Positions 30,640-40,163 of a stretch of DNA of 64,000 nt are shown here, one piece after another (within the stretch, counting starts at the first letter, position 1; each line of letters starts with the position of its first letter). Source of the DNA: an uncultured Gammaproteobacteria bacterium (lineage in GTDB: Bacteria; Patescibacteriota; Microgenomatia; UBA10105; UBA927). The notes under the pieces were generated by a model. The model was not told where the DNA came from, made no database searches, and worked only from the letters and a program-made list of their open reading frames with translations. Where the stretch lies: assembly GCA_964573695.1 (NCBI GenBank), contig CAZNKB010000003.1, positions 36,815 to 100,814 on the forward strand, read 5' to 3'. The position numbers and the translations under genes are program-made.

Positions 30640-31461
30640 ATGGAACCGATGTCCATACCGATAGCAGAAGCACATACTTCACCTGCCGATGCCCTGACCG
30701 CATCACAGTCACAGAGCAATCCGATTCCACCGACGGCAACCGGGAATGCTTTTTTACAAATCAAAGATATTCCCCGAGTCATCATATGCTGCATCCTTTG
30801 TGCAGTAGTATCTCAAATCGGTTCAAGATACCTCCTATCCATAGCTCGCGATATTCCATATGCGTTTGGGTTTACACGCGAATATATTCTCTATGAAGGG
30901 ATACGCTACACTCCGCATTTATTTCTTCAACGCATCAACGAACAACAAGAGGGCTTCCGCAAAACAATGGTATATTTGGATTCACGGGATTATGTCAGAT
31001 CGTTACCTACAACTCTTCCGTACATTACCCCCATAACTCATATTTACGTCAATAACAATCCCATTGGAAAACTTCCCGAAAATATTTCTGATATGACCCA
31101 ACTTCGATCCTTATATGTTCTCAATGGAAATCTCAAAGTATTACCAGAAACGATCGGTAATCTTACTCAATTAGAAGAAATCATGCTCGCAGGAAATCAC
31201 ATAAAGCGCATACCGGATAGTATTGGTAATCTGACCAACCTCACCGCACTCAATCTCTCATATAACGACATCGAGTCAATTCCCACAAGCATTGCGAATA
31301 TGGAGCATCTTCAAGTTCTCGATCTGACGGGAAACCAGCTAAAAGAATTTCCCCGCGTCCTCCCTCCAAATCTTGTGCTTTTGTTAATTGGCGGCAATCA
31401 TATTTCACCCAGAGTACTGCAAAAAACAGTTGTTCCGGTGCTACAAGACATCATCTTCTGA
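30640..31461 (+). CDS. membrane-anchored leucine-rich-repeat (LRR) protein
   Basis: TM is VIICCILCAVVSQIG. About 8 LRRs follow: LxxLxxLxLxxNxLxxLPxxIGNLTxL (IGNLTQLEEIMLAGNHIKRIPDSIGNLTNLTALNLSYNDIESIP...). Confidence 0.6.
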   Translation: MEPMSIPIAEAHTSPADALTASQSQSNPIPPTATGNAFLQIKDIPRVIICCILCAVVSQIGSRYLLSIARDIPYAFGFTREYILYEGIRYTPHLFLQRINEQQEGFRKTMVYLDSRDYVRSLPTTLPYITPITHIYVNNNPIGKLPENISDMTQLRSLYVLNGNLKVLPETIGNLTQLEEIMLAGNHIKRIPDSIGNLTNLTALNLSYNDIESIPTSIANMEHLQVLDLTGNQLKEFPRVLPPNLVLLLIGGNHISPRVLQKTVVPVLQDIIF

Positions 31462-31558
31462 GCACTTCGCTTTCCCGTAGTCAAACGGCAATGGTGACAT
31501 TCTATAGACGCTGTCTGATTTCTATCATAGAATAGGCACGGCAAATCTAAATTCTCGT

Positions 31559-32659
31559 ATGATACCGCTCAATAATCTCTCTCTTCATCATCGCAGCTTG
31601 TCTCATCAGTTCATCGCATCTCTTAAGCGAGTCATGAAACATGGTACGTATATTTTGGGTCCGGAAGTTATAGCATTCGAATCGGCCTTTGCCCGATATA
31701 CCAACACGAAATACGCTATCGGTGTGTCAAACGGCACAGATGCTCTTACGGTATCCCTCAAAGCGGTCCATATCGGCCCGGGAGACGAAGTGATCATTCC
31801 GGCGTTTACGTTTGTGAGCACTGCGTTTGCCGTGCTTCAAACCGGAGCACGACCTGTCCTTGTAGACATAGAACCAACCACATATACCATAGACACCCTC
31901 CAAATGGCCCGGGCGATAACTCGCAAAACAAAAGCAATAATTCCCGTACACCTATATGGCATGCCTTGCGATATGGACATGATCGGACGCCTCGCCAAAA
32001 AGTATAGACTCACCGTCATTGAAGACGCGGCTCAAGCACACGGGAGTTTCTATAAGAAGCGTCCGGCTGGTTCTATTGGGGATATGGGGTGCTTCTCGTT
32101 TTACCCATCCAAAAATTTAGGAGCCTTGGGAGATGCGGGGGCCATAACGACAAACTCATCTCGTCTCGCCTCCCGGATCCGAACCATAATAAATTTGGGC
32201 ACTACAAAAAAATACATACACGTAGATATCGGGGTGAATAATCGGCTTGATAGCTTGCAGGCTGCTTTTCTTTCAAGTGAGCTCCCGATGCTAAATTCAT
32301 GGAACGCGAGACGCCGAAACATAGCGGCGCGCTATACTTCCCTACTTAAGGAGTTGCCGATCGAATTACCGAAAACGCAAAAGGAGCGCATCACCAACAT
32401 GCATTTGTATGTCATCCGCACTAAACAGCGTGCGGCATTACGCCGACACTTGCTTGCCCGAGGCATACAAACAGGTATCCACTACCCTAAGGCGCTCCAT
32501 GAACAACGAGCGCTCCACATGCTTGGGTACACCAAAGGGGCATTTCCGGTAAGCGAGACCGCCGCAAAAGAAGTACTGAGTTTGCCCATGTATCCCAAGC
32601 TCACCGATCGGCAAATCATAACAGTAACCTCGGCAGTTCGGTCATTTTTTCGCCAATGA
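31559..32659 (+). CDS. DegT/DnrJ/EryC1/StrS-family PLP-dependent sugar aminotransferase
   Basis: ...GVSNGTDAL...DEVIIPAFTFVSTA...IEDAAQAHGS...FSFYPSKNLGALGDAG. Confidence 0.75.
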   Translation: MIPLNNLSLHHRSLSHQFIASLKRVMKHGTYILGPEVIAFESAFARYTNTKYAIGVSNGTDALTVSLKAVHIGPGDEVIIPAFTFVSTAFAVLQTGARPVLVDIEPTTYTIDTLQMARAITRKTKAIIPVHLYGMPCDMDMIGRLAKKYRLTVIEDAAQAHGSFYKKRPAGSIGDMGCFSFYPSKNLGALGDAGAITTNSSRLASRIRTIINLGTTKKYIHVDIGVNNRLDSLQAAFLSSELPMLNSWNARRRNIAARYTSLLKELPIELPKTQKERITNMHLYVIRTKQRAALRRHLLARGIQTGIHYPKALHEQRALHMLGYTKGAFPVSETAAKEVLSLPMYPKLTDRQIITVTSAVRSFFRQ

Positions 32660-35418
32660 AACGCTACCTTATTTTCATTCCTTTTCACAATCCATGGGAC
32701 TGGCATACGGATTACGCAAATCAAACCGCTACACTGTTGTCTCTACACCACAGTGTGATCTGTTTCCTGTGGGGTGATACAGTTTCCCTTCGCGAAATTT
32801 TCTCGGGAAGAAAACAGTACCGTCCGATAACCCGTCGTGGACGCACGATTTTGTATCAGCCGATTTACCTCATTCCGGGAAAGCGCGTGCTTGCGGTACA
32901 GTTTATAAACTTGTTTTTCAATCTCTTGATTGCATATATTTTATGTTCAATAACCGCAATTTATCACAAAAAACAGCTCCTTTTCTGGTTTTTCGGGATC
33001 TACGACCCGACTTTTATTCTCCTGCCAATATTTTTCCGGCACACTCCTACGCTGTACGACTGCGTCGATACCCCGTGGCATCCGAAACCGGAGATGGCTT
33101 CTCGGCTCCAGCAAGCAGAAGCGGACATATTGGATCGCGCTTGGATTGTCGCGACCAACTCGCATACGCTTCGCAGTAGACTCCAAAAGACGAGAAAAGA
33201 CATCCACATGGTTCCTCTTGGATTCCGGTCGGAAATGTTTGAACGCCCCCAAAAACATCCGCTCCCTTTTTCCCGAAAACGTCCGATCATTTGCTATACC
33301 GGAGCAATTGATTACCGCCTGGATTTCCCCCTGTTATATCGCCTTATAAGGGCTAACAAAAACTGGCAGTTTGCACTCATCGGCCCTGTGTTCTATGACC
33401 ATATGGTGGCAAAATCCCGTCGTCTCATGGACACCGTATTGACCCTTCCGAACGTATATCACAACACTGTCAGGCCAAACGCAGTGCCGGATATCATAGC
33501 CCAAAGCGACATAACTATCATTCCCTATCGGAATGATTTCGCTTTTAACCGCTATGCTTTCCCCATGAAAATCATGGAATATTTATATGCCAAAAAGAGA
33601 ACTATCACAAGCCAAATCAATGAACTTCGCGGGTACAACCCCCTTGTGGTTATGGCGCAAACCACACGCGAATGGACGACATCAATTCGATATGCCCTGG
33701 CACACCCGCTCGACCAAACTCAAAAACGGAGGGCGCGTCTTACCGCCTCGTCGCACACCTGGAAGAAAAAAATTGACGCCCTCAATCACATACTGGAAAA
33801 TACTCCGGACGACACTACCGGACAGCGCCGATCAGACAAAACTACGGCATTCTGGCTTATTCTTTCCTGCATCCTATTGATCTCATTCGCACTTCGCTTC
33901 TACCGCCTTCCCGAAACCATATGGTTTTTTAATGACCAGGGGCTTGATATGGTGAGCATCTTGCAAATGGAAAAACATGGGATATTGCCTCTCGTCGGAC
34001 CTTTTTTGGATATTCCCGAGGTATATACGCCACCTACGTACTATCTGATCACATGGGCGATGTATCAAGTCACGCACACCGTCATCGGCGTCGTCTATGG
34101 TTATGCACTTCTTAATCTATTTACCATAGTCGTTCTTACAAAAGTAGCGCTCGATAGCATGGGGCGGCGCGCAGCAATTTTTGTGGGAATCCTTCTTGCC
34201 GTATCCGACACTATGATTGATCAGAGTAGGACATTTTGGCAACCCTATCCTATTCAGATATTTCTAGCACTTAGCATCTTGGGATTATGGCAGGCACACA
34301 AAACCAAACGCCTGGTATTTGTATGGCTCGCATCACTCTGTTTTCTTGTGGCCTGCTCTATCTATCCTTCCCCGATCCTGTTATTACCGTTTGTGGCTTA
34401 CCGAATATTTCTCTGGTATCGATTTACCGGACGCAAACGAGTCGCCACATCAGTCTTCCTTGCGATGTTTACGCTTGGAGCGACAGCCGCGCTCGTCTAT
34501 TTGCCTCAAATTGTATTTGAATTTACCCGTGGATTTCCAACAATTATGTCACTATTCTCGACACACACGGAAAAACTCATCCTCAATCCCATGACAAGCT
34601 TGGCACAAAACATTTCCCTGCTTTTCACGGATTTTTTTGCCATACAGCATCTACCCGACCCGTTCAAACCCATAATGATCATAAGCATCGCGGCGCTTTA
34701 TCTTTTCCTCGTTTACAAAACACGCTCCTGGGGAGGAGATAAGCCTCCGTTTTTTGAGCTTTGGCCGCTTGCGCTGGGTTTTTTGTGGTTTCTCTTCTAT
34801 CCGTATGAAGCGCATGCCCACCGTACGGTAGCATATTTGCCTTTTGGCTTTTTGTTGACAGCGGATCTATTGGCCCGAGCATGGAATACGAATCGTGGAA
34901 CGAAATCTCTTGCGGCCGCATTGTTGTTCGGGTATATCATACTCAATCTTTATGGCGCGAAAGGATATTGGATAGGGACCGTTCCCGACCAGAGGAAACA
35001 AACCAAAGACGTCGCGCGCTTTATCGAATCGGATATCGTCACGCGCAATATACCACGGGACACGGTAGGAATTTTCTATAAAGCTGCCAACGACCCGACA
35101 AATGGAAATTACGGCATATACCGTATTTTATTTTGGTTACTGCAACGTGAGGCAATTTCATTTCCCCTTAACCAAGGGGACATACAAATCCCGCATGATT
35201 ATTCTACCCCCATACTCAAACCCTATATGTACATCGTCTGTTGGGGGTTTTCTCTAACAGATTCATTACACGACACGTGTATAAAACCCGTCATCAAATC
35301 CGCACCATATCGCTTTCTTATGGAGCGAAGACTACATGATATGACTATTATGGTGCTGACAAACGAGTCAACGGGCTCTGCCGCTTCCTTCTTTCCTGGC
35401 AACGACCAAAACCGATGA
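32656..35418 (+). CDS. fusion protein: N-terminal GT-B (GT4-like) glycosyltransferase domain plus C-terminal GT-C (ArnT/PMT-like) polytopic membrane domain
   Basis: aa ~200-400 read ICYTGAIDYRLDFPLL...FPMKIMEYLYAKKRTI (GT-B C-domain). aa ~420-900 hold more than 10 TM helices with an early loop FYRLPETIWFFNDQGLD. ATGA overlap with the upstream aminotransferase. Confidence 0.6.
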   Translation: MKRYLIFIPFHNPWDWHTDYANQTATLLSLHHSVICFLWGDTVSLREIFSGRKQYRPITRRGRTILYQPIYLIPGKRVLAVQFINLFFNLLIAYILCSITAIYHKKQLLFWFFGIYDPTFILLPIFFRHTPTLYDCVDTPWHPKPEMASRLQQAEADILDRAWIVATNSHTLRSRLQKTRKDIHMVPLGFRSEMFERPQKHPLPFSRKRPIICYTGAIDYRLDFPLLYRLIRANKNWQFALIGPVFYDHMVAKSRRLMDTVLTLPNVYHNTVRPNAVPDIIAQSDITIIPYRNDFAFNRYAFPMKIMEYLYAKKRTITSQINELRGYNPLVVMAQTTREWTTSIRYALAHPLDQTQKRRARLTASSHTWKKKIDALNHILENTPDDTTGQRRSDKTTAFWLILSCILLISFALRFYRLPETIWFFNDQGLDMVSILQMEKHGILPLVGPFLDIPEVYTPPTYYLITWAMYQVTHTVIGVVYGYALLNLFTIVVLTKVALDSMGRRAAIFVGILLAVSDTMIDQSRTFWQPYPIQIFLALSILGLWQAHKTKRLVFVWLASLCFLVACSIYPSPILLLPFVAYRIFLWYRFTGRKRVATSVFLAMFTLGATAALVYLPQIVFEFTRGFPTIMSLFSTHTEKLILNPMTSLAQNISLLFTDFFAIQHLPDPFKPIMIISIAALYLFLVYKTRSWGGDKPPFFELWPLALGFLWFLFYPYEAHAHRTVAYLPFGFLLTADLLARAWNTNRGTKSLAAALLFGYIILNLYGAKGYWIGTVPDQRKQTKDVARFIESDIVTRNIPRDTVGIFYKAANDPTNGNYGIYRILFWLLQREAISFPLNQGDIQIPHDYSTPILKPYMYIVCWGFSLTDSLHDTCIKPVIKSAPYRFLMERRLHDMTIMVLTNESTGSAASFFPGNDQNR

Positions 35419-36117
35419 TCCGTAGGGATACGATACGAAGGGTAATATCCACGATTCTATCCTATGGAGAAAGATGCACATTTCATTTATCTTGGTGGGT
35501 ACAGCCGAAACGTCCGATGCGCACCCTTTCACATTGAAAAAACGGTCAACCAGGCGCTTCATGGCAAACCAGGGAAACAAAAAAAAGAACATATAAGAGA
35601 TTTTCCGGATGCCAAATCCCGCCTGAGCGACACGCGACCCCAAAAGCGCGCTTGTATAGCGTATCCTGCCGTGTACCGCACGGTCGTGCGGACCAGCCAA
35701 CCACGGCATAGCGCAGTCGGTCACGATAAGCAGTCCGCCCGGCTTAAGAATCCGGTTTGCCTCAGCTAACGCCTTGCGATCGTCTATCCCCCGGTGATAA
35801 AGCACGTCAAATAAACAAACCATATCCATACTTCTCGTAGCCAGCTTTGTCCGCTCCGCATTATCTGCCCGCAACGATATGCCGCGCTTTTTGGCCAACT
35901 TGCGTGCTTTGTGATGCGGCTCAATACCAATCACCGTTCCGTACCGCTTGAGAAGCGAAAACATCCCTCCGGTTCCCGCGCCGATATCTGCAATGGTGAG
36001 GCGCTTTACACCTATCCCGATGTGCCGAAACATGGACTCCAAAAATAAGCGGCGTGAGACAAACCACCAGTGAGTTTTCTCGACATCATACATCACCTGA
36101 TATTCATGCTCTTCCAT
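35368..36117 (-). CDS. class I SAM-dependent methyltransferase
   Basis: IADIGAGTGGMFSLL motif I; ...ILKPGGLLIV. Confidence 0.65.
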   Translation of the reverse strand: MEEHEYQVMYDVEKTHWWFVSRRLFLESMFRHIGIGVKRLTIADIGAGTGGMFSLLKRYGTVIGIEPHHKARKLAKKRGISLRADNAERTKLATRSMDMVCLFDVLYHRGIDDRKALAEANRILKPGGLLIVTDCAMPWLAGPHDRAVHGRIRYTSALLGSRVAQAGFGIRKISYMFFFLFPWFAMKRLVDRFFNVKGCASDVSAVPTKINEMCIFLHRIESWILPFVSYPYGSSVLVVARKEGSGRAR

Positions 36118-37105
36118 GGATAAGACGGCCAGCGAGTGCGCCTGCGAAAATGAAACAATATAACGTAAGCCCGGTGAAAAAGCTTTTTGCGGCAAAAACC
36201 CCGCCCTTTTCCTGATACACAAAGACGAGAAACTTTCGGATCAGGAAAAAGTGGATGACTATGATCACCCCAAGCGCCACCAACGCGTATCCTACGCTAC
36301 CTAAATGACTTAGATAACTCAGGGATGTTGCGATCACAGCTCCCACCACTCCTACCCCGCTCAGAGTCGTCAGAGCCTCTTGCATGGTGGTTGCCACAGG
36401 ATCAAATCGTTTACGCCTGGCATATAGCTTGGTCCAGTAATACGCACGGAGAAAATATTTTTTGGCAATCGGCCAAAATCCTTCAAATTCATGCCGGACT
36501 CTCACCTGAGGTGCAAAAATAATCGCATACCGCCTTGCTATCCGATATGTCAGCTCGATATCTTCGACTAACGGCGCGGGATAGTTTTCGTCAAAGCCTC
36601 CCAGCCTCTCAAACACGGCTTTTTTTATCGCGGCGATCCTGGTCGAAAAGAGAAAGTAGTACCCGCTCTTATCACGCTCATTTATCCAATAACTCCAATC
36701 CCGAAGCGCTTTGAAGTTGGGGAAAAAATCTTTCGAGCGTTGATGCTTTACCCAAACGCCTGTCAGCGCGACGATATCCGGGTCGTCCGAAAATACATTC
36801 GCTATTTCCGATAGAGTATCAGGAAATACCTCAACGTCTCCGTCCAAAAATACGACAAATTCCCCTTTCGCCGCAGCTACCCCCCTGTTTCGAGCCACCG
36901 CAGGTCCTTTGTTATGTGGTAAGCGGACGATATTTGCGGTTTTCTTTCGCATCACGCGAAACGGCAATGGCTGTTTGGATCCGTCGTCAACGACGATAAT
37001 TTCATATGGCGGAGCGTTCTTGCTTTTGGCAAGAGTGAATAGAAGTCGTTCTAGTTTATCCGGAGCGTTAAAATAGGGAATAATAACCGACAAATATGGC
37101 TTCAT
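36104..37105 (-). CDS. glycosyltransferase family 2 with C-terminal TM helices
   Basis: LSVIIPYFNAPD...IIVVDDGS...FVVFLDGDVE, with 2-3 C-terminal TM segments. Confidence 0.65.
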   Translation of the reverse strand: MKPYLSVIIPYFNAPDKLERLLFTLAKSKNAPPYEIIVVDDGSKQPLPFRVMRKKTANIVRLPHNKGPAVARNRGVAAAKGEFVVFLDGDVEVFPDTLSEIANVFSDDPDIVALTGVWVKHQRSKDFFPNFKALRDWSYWINERDKSGYYFLFSTRIAAIKKAVFERLGGFDENYPAPLVEDIELTYRIARRYAIIFAPQVRVRHEFEGFWPIAKKYFLRAYYWTKLYARRKRFDPVATTMQEALTTLSGVGVVGAVIATSLSYLSHLGSVGYALVALGVIIVIHFFLIRKFLVFVYQEKGGVFAAKSFFTGLTLYCFIFAGALAGRLIHGRA

Positions 37106-37222
37106 AATGTCTTCCTGTCATCCCGGGATCGCTTCGACTCAGCGAGGCGAGCCTAATCCGGGACCAATCAGATTTTCTCAAACATCGGGTTCCTACCCGT
37201 GGGCCGGAGCGACAACCTACTG

Positions 37223-38362
37223 TTACAGAGCCTTCAACACCTTCCGGGCAGTAGATATTACATAATCCAGCTCTCTTCCTGTCATCCCGGCATAGATTGG
37301 CATACGCACCAGCGTTGCCGCTACATCTTCTGTCACGGGCAATCTGATATGTCCTCCCGATAGACGCTTTCCCATGGGAGAAGCGTGAAGCGGCATATAA
37401 TGCGTAGAGACTTCGATATGTTTGGCGCGCATTGCTTTTACAAAGGCCTCCCGCATGCGTGTGTCGGCAAATTTAAGCGCATAAATGTGCCAATTCGGCT
37501 GCGTCATCCCCTCCGGTGCCATGGGAATCTGTATTTTCCCGGCAAATGACTGCAATGCCTTACTATATTCTGATGCAATGTGACTTCTATCTTTATTTAT
37601 TTTATCAATTTGACCTAGTTGTATATTTACCAATGCGGCAAGTATATCGGAAAGCATAAAACTACTTCCCTCCCCTACCCAACTATATGCTGATACTTTA
37701 CCGGCCAAAAACGCCATCCTATCGGTGCCTATAGAACGGAATATTTCCATAGCATTTGCCAGCTTTTTGGAATTCGTGAGAATACTTCCTCCCTCACCGG
37801 CCGCGACGTTTTTTGTCCCATGAAAACTAAGCGCTCCGGCTACCCCAAAGGTACCCAAGGCTTTTCCTTTATATAAAGCGCCTATACAGTGCGCCGCATC
37901 CTCAACTACCCATATCCCTGCTTTTTTTGCGACCCGCATGAGCTCCTCAAAATACCGGCCGGCAAACCCTGCGTAATGTACTGTGATAATACCGACAGTC
38001 CGTTTGGTAATCCGACGCATAACATCGCGTGGATCAAGGCTATAGTGTAGAGGGTCAATGTCAGCAAATACCGGAGTTGCACCTCTGACCATGGCGGCCG
38101 TAGCAGTGGAGGCAAGTGTAAAGCTGGGTACGATGATTTCATCACCCTTTTTTGCTCCCAGACAGGCAACTGCTGCTTCCATGGCGTGTGTGCAACTCGT
38201 GACCGGAATTGCGTATGTGGCTTTCGTAAGCTGTATCAGTTTTTTGCGCATCAGCACTGACTCCGGCCCGTCTGCAGTACCCACACCGGTACGCATAGCA
38301 TGGATTACGCCTGCTTCTGCTTTCACCCCCCAAAACGGTTTATGGAGCGGAATTTTCATCAA
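37223..38362 (-). CDS. DegT/DnrJ/EryC1-family PLP-dependent sugar aminotransferase (second copy)
   Basis: ...VEDAAHCIGALYKGK...SFHGTKNVAAGEGG (PLP-Lys motif). Confidence 0.75.
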   Translation of the reverse strand: MMKIPLHKPFWGVKAEAGVIHAMRTGVGTADGPESVLMRKKLIQLTKATYAIPVTSCTHAMEAAVACLGAKKGDEIIVPSFTLASTATAAMVRGATPVFADIDPLHYSLDPRDVMRRITKRTVGIITVHYAGFAGRYFEELMRVAKKAGIWVVEDAAHCIGALYKGKALGTFGVAGALSFHGTKNVAAGEGGSILTNSKKLANAMEIFRSIGTDRMAFLAGKVSAYSWVGEGSSFMLSDILAALVNIQLGQIDKINKDRSHIASEYSKALQSFAGKIQIPMAPEGMTQPNWHIYALKFADTRMREAFVKAMRAKHIEVSTHYMPLHASPMGKRLSGGHIRLPVTEDVAATLVRMPIYAGMTGRELDYVISTARKVLKAL

Positions 38363-38425
38363 AACCGATCATACTTGAAGCCATACGGGTTTGACAAGAC
38401 CTGCCGGAGACGGCTACAACTAAAT

Positions 38426-38881
38426 CACATGAGCGAAATGGGTAATAGGCTCAAACCAAGGGCCACACACCAACAGAAATATGTCGTGTATAAACCAATA
38501 GACGTTCCCATTACCGTCAGTATGGACACACCCGGTAATACGGTGCGCGAACTCATGAAATGGCCCAAAAACAAAAAGGTGTTGGCAGTACGGGTACCGA
38601 ACACATTTTCGGAATACGAAACACACTACCTCACAAACAGCAAAACAGCAGCAAGCCACGGTCAGGAGGCCAGAAAAGCCACAATAGAAGCGCTTAGTAC
38701 CGAGCATCACAAGTCCGCACGGGAAATACTGCGTGCCCTGGCCAGAGGCGAAGTATTGTCACTTAACTATTTCACAAGCTTGCCTTACCTCACCACGCCG
38801 CGAGGCGCTCTTCGTGAACCTGTATTTTTGACCCCGAAACAAGCCAAGCTGAAGAAAAAAAATACCGCTAAATCCGTTTAA
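38426..38881 (+). CDS. hypothetical basic protein (weakly supported)
   Basis: Only plausible ORF in the 500-nt gap between minus-strand genes. It is convergent with the acetyltransferase and overlaps it by 14 nt. No recognisable domain. Confidence 0.3.
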   Translation, partial: HMSEMGNRLKPRATHQQKYVVYKPIDVPITVSMDTPGNTVRELMKWPKNKKVLAVRVPNTFSEYETHYLTNSKTAASHGQEARKATIEALSTEHHKSAREILRALARGEVLSLNYFTSLPYLTTPRGALREPVFLTPKQAKLKKKNTAKSV

Positions 38882-39401
38882 TGAGTTTTGCCGGCACACC
38901 CGCTACCATAACGCTGTCGGGCACGGATTTCGTAACGACGGCGCCTGCACCGACCACGCTTTTTTTGCCTATCGTAACTCCGGGCAATATAATCGCTCCC
39001 GTACCCACATAAGCCGCCGGCTTCACGACGACACTCGCTTCACGAGTCGGATAGATGCGCTGCAACGGATGATCGTCGTAACCCACATTTATATGTGTGA
39101 CGACCGTTACCCTGCCGGAGAGCGTCACCTCATCGGCAAGCTCAATGCCGCCGCGAACGTCCAAACTGACTTCATCGCCCAAAAAACATTTGTCGCCGAT
39201 TGTCAGCCTGCGGAAACCGTAATGATGCAGATTGGTAAACTGCACATTCATTATCACCGTGTCTTTTCCTATCGTTGCTCCCGCCAGCCGCAGGAGAACC
39301 ACCCGTACGGGCGGCAACGACATATGAATAATCCAGGCATAAAAGCCATACCACACATAGCGGATCGCTTTCGACACCCCTATGGATTGCAGCGCCTTCA
39401 T
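38868..39401 (-). CDS. hexapeptide-repeat (LbH) sugar N/O-acetyltransferase
   Basis: Repeats IGDKCFLGDEVSL...IELADEVTLSGRVTVV...VGTGAIILPGVTIGKKSVVGAGAVV. Confidence 0.7.
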   Translation of the reverse strand: MKALQSIGVSKAIRYVWYGFYAWIIHMSLPPVRVVLLRLAGATIGKDTVIMNVQFTNLHHYGFRRLTIGDKCFLGDEVSLDVRGGIELADEVTLSGRVTVVTHINVGYDDHPLQRIYPTREASVVVKPAAYVGTGAIILPGVTIGKKSVVGAGAVVTKSVPDSVMVAGVPAKLIKRI

Positions 39402-40117
39402 AGATGTAATCGCTTCCGAAACTTCAACAACTGTACCACATAGTCTAGCGTATCCCGGAATATATTTACCGACGAGACTTTATCGAATCTGCGCAAAAAC
39501 AAGACCGGAACTTCGGTAATCCTCAAACCCGCGCGGCGCGCATATACCATGACCTCGGTATCCCAAAACCATCCGGCATACTGCGTTTTTGAGATAACCG
39601 GCAAAATCTTTTTCCTGTGGAAAAACTTATAACCGGTTTCCGTATCCATACCTCCCGTTCCGATAAGCATGTCAGAAAGCCATTGATACCCCCGACTCAG
39701 CACCTCACGAAGGACCGCTCTCGGACTTGTCCGATAAAAACGCTTTCCGATCACGACATCGGATTTTTTGTTGAGGATCATCGTCACAAGCAGCGGAATA
39801 TACACCGGGGATACTTCGCAATCGATATCGATATACCCCACAACGGTAGCGCGTGCCTCACGCATACCGTCCATGACGGTTTGACCACGGCCTCTGTTGG
39901 TAGCGTGATACAAGGCCCGCATTGATGGATTGTTGCGACAAACGGATGCAATTAATCGAGGGGTGATATCCCGGCTGGCGTCGTCAACGAAAATTATCTC
40001 ATAGGAAAGCCTGCTCGCATCAAGCACTTCAACGATTCGCTCGACACTTTCCATGAATAAACCGGACTCGTTGAAACACGGCAATATAAGGGAAAGATCC
40101 AGGGATAATTGCTTCAT
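39398..40117 (-). CDS. GT2 polyprenol-phosphate glycosyltransferase (DPM1/ArnC/GtrB-like)
   Basis: LSLILPCFNE...EIIFVDDASRD...VVGYIDIDCE. About 240 aa and soluble. ATGA overlap with the acetyltransferase. Confidence 0.7.
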   Translation of the reverse strand: MKQLSLDLSLILPCFNESGLFMESVERIVEVLDASRLSYEIIFVDDASRDITPRLIASVCRNNPSMRALYHATNRGRGQTVMDGMREARATVVGYIDIDCEVSPVYIPLLVTMILNKKSDVVIGKRFYRTSPRAVLREVLSRGYQWLSDMLIGTGGMDTETGYKFFHRKKILPVISKTQYAGWFWDTEVMVYARRAGLRITEVPVLFLRRFDKVSSVNIFRDTLDYVVQLLKFRKRLHL

Positions 40118-40163
40118 TGCCGCTCATCATATCAGGCGCAAATGTAAAGATGCAACACACGCA

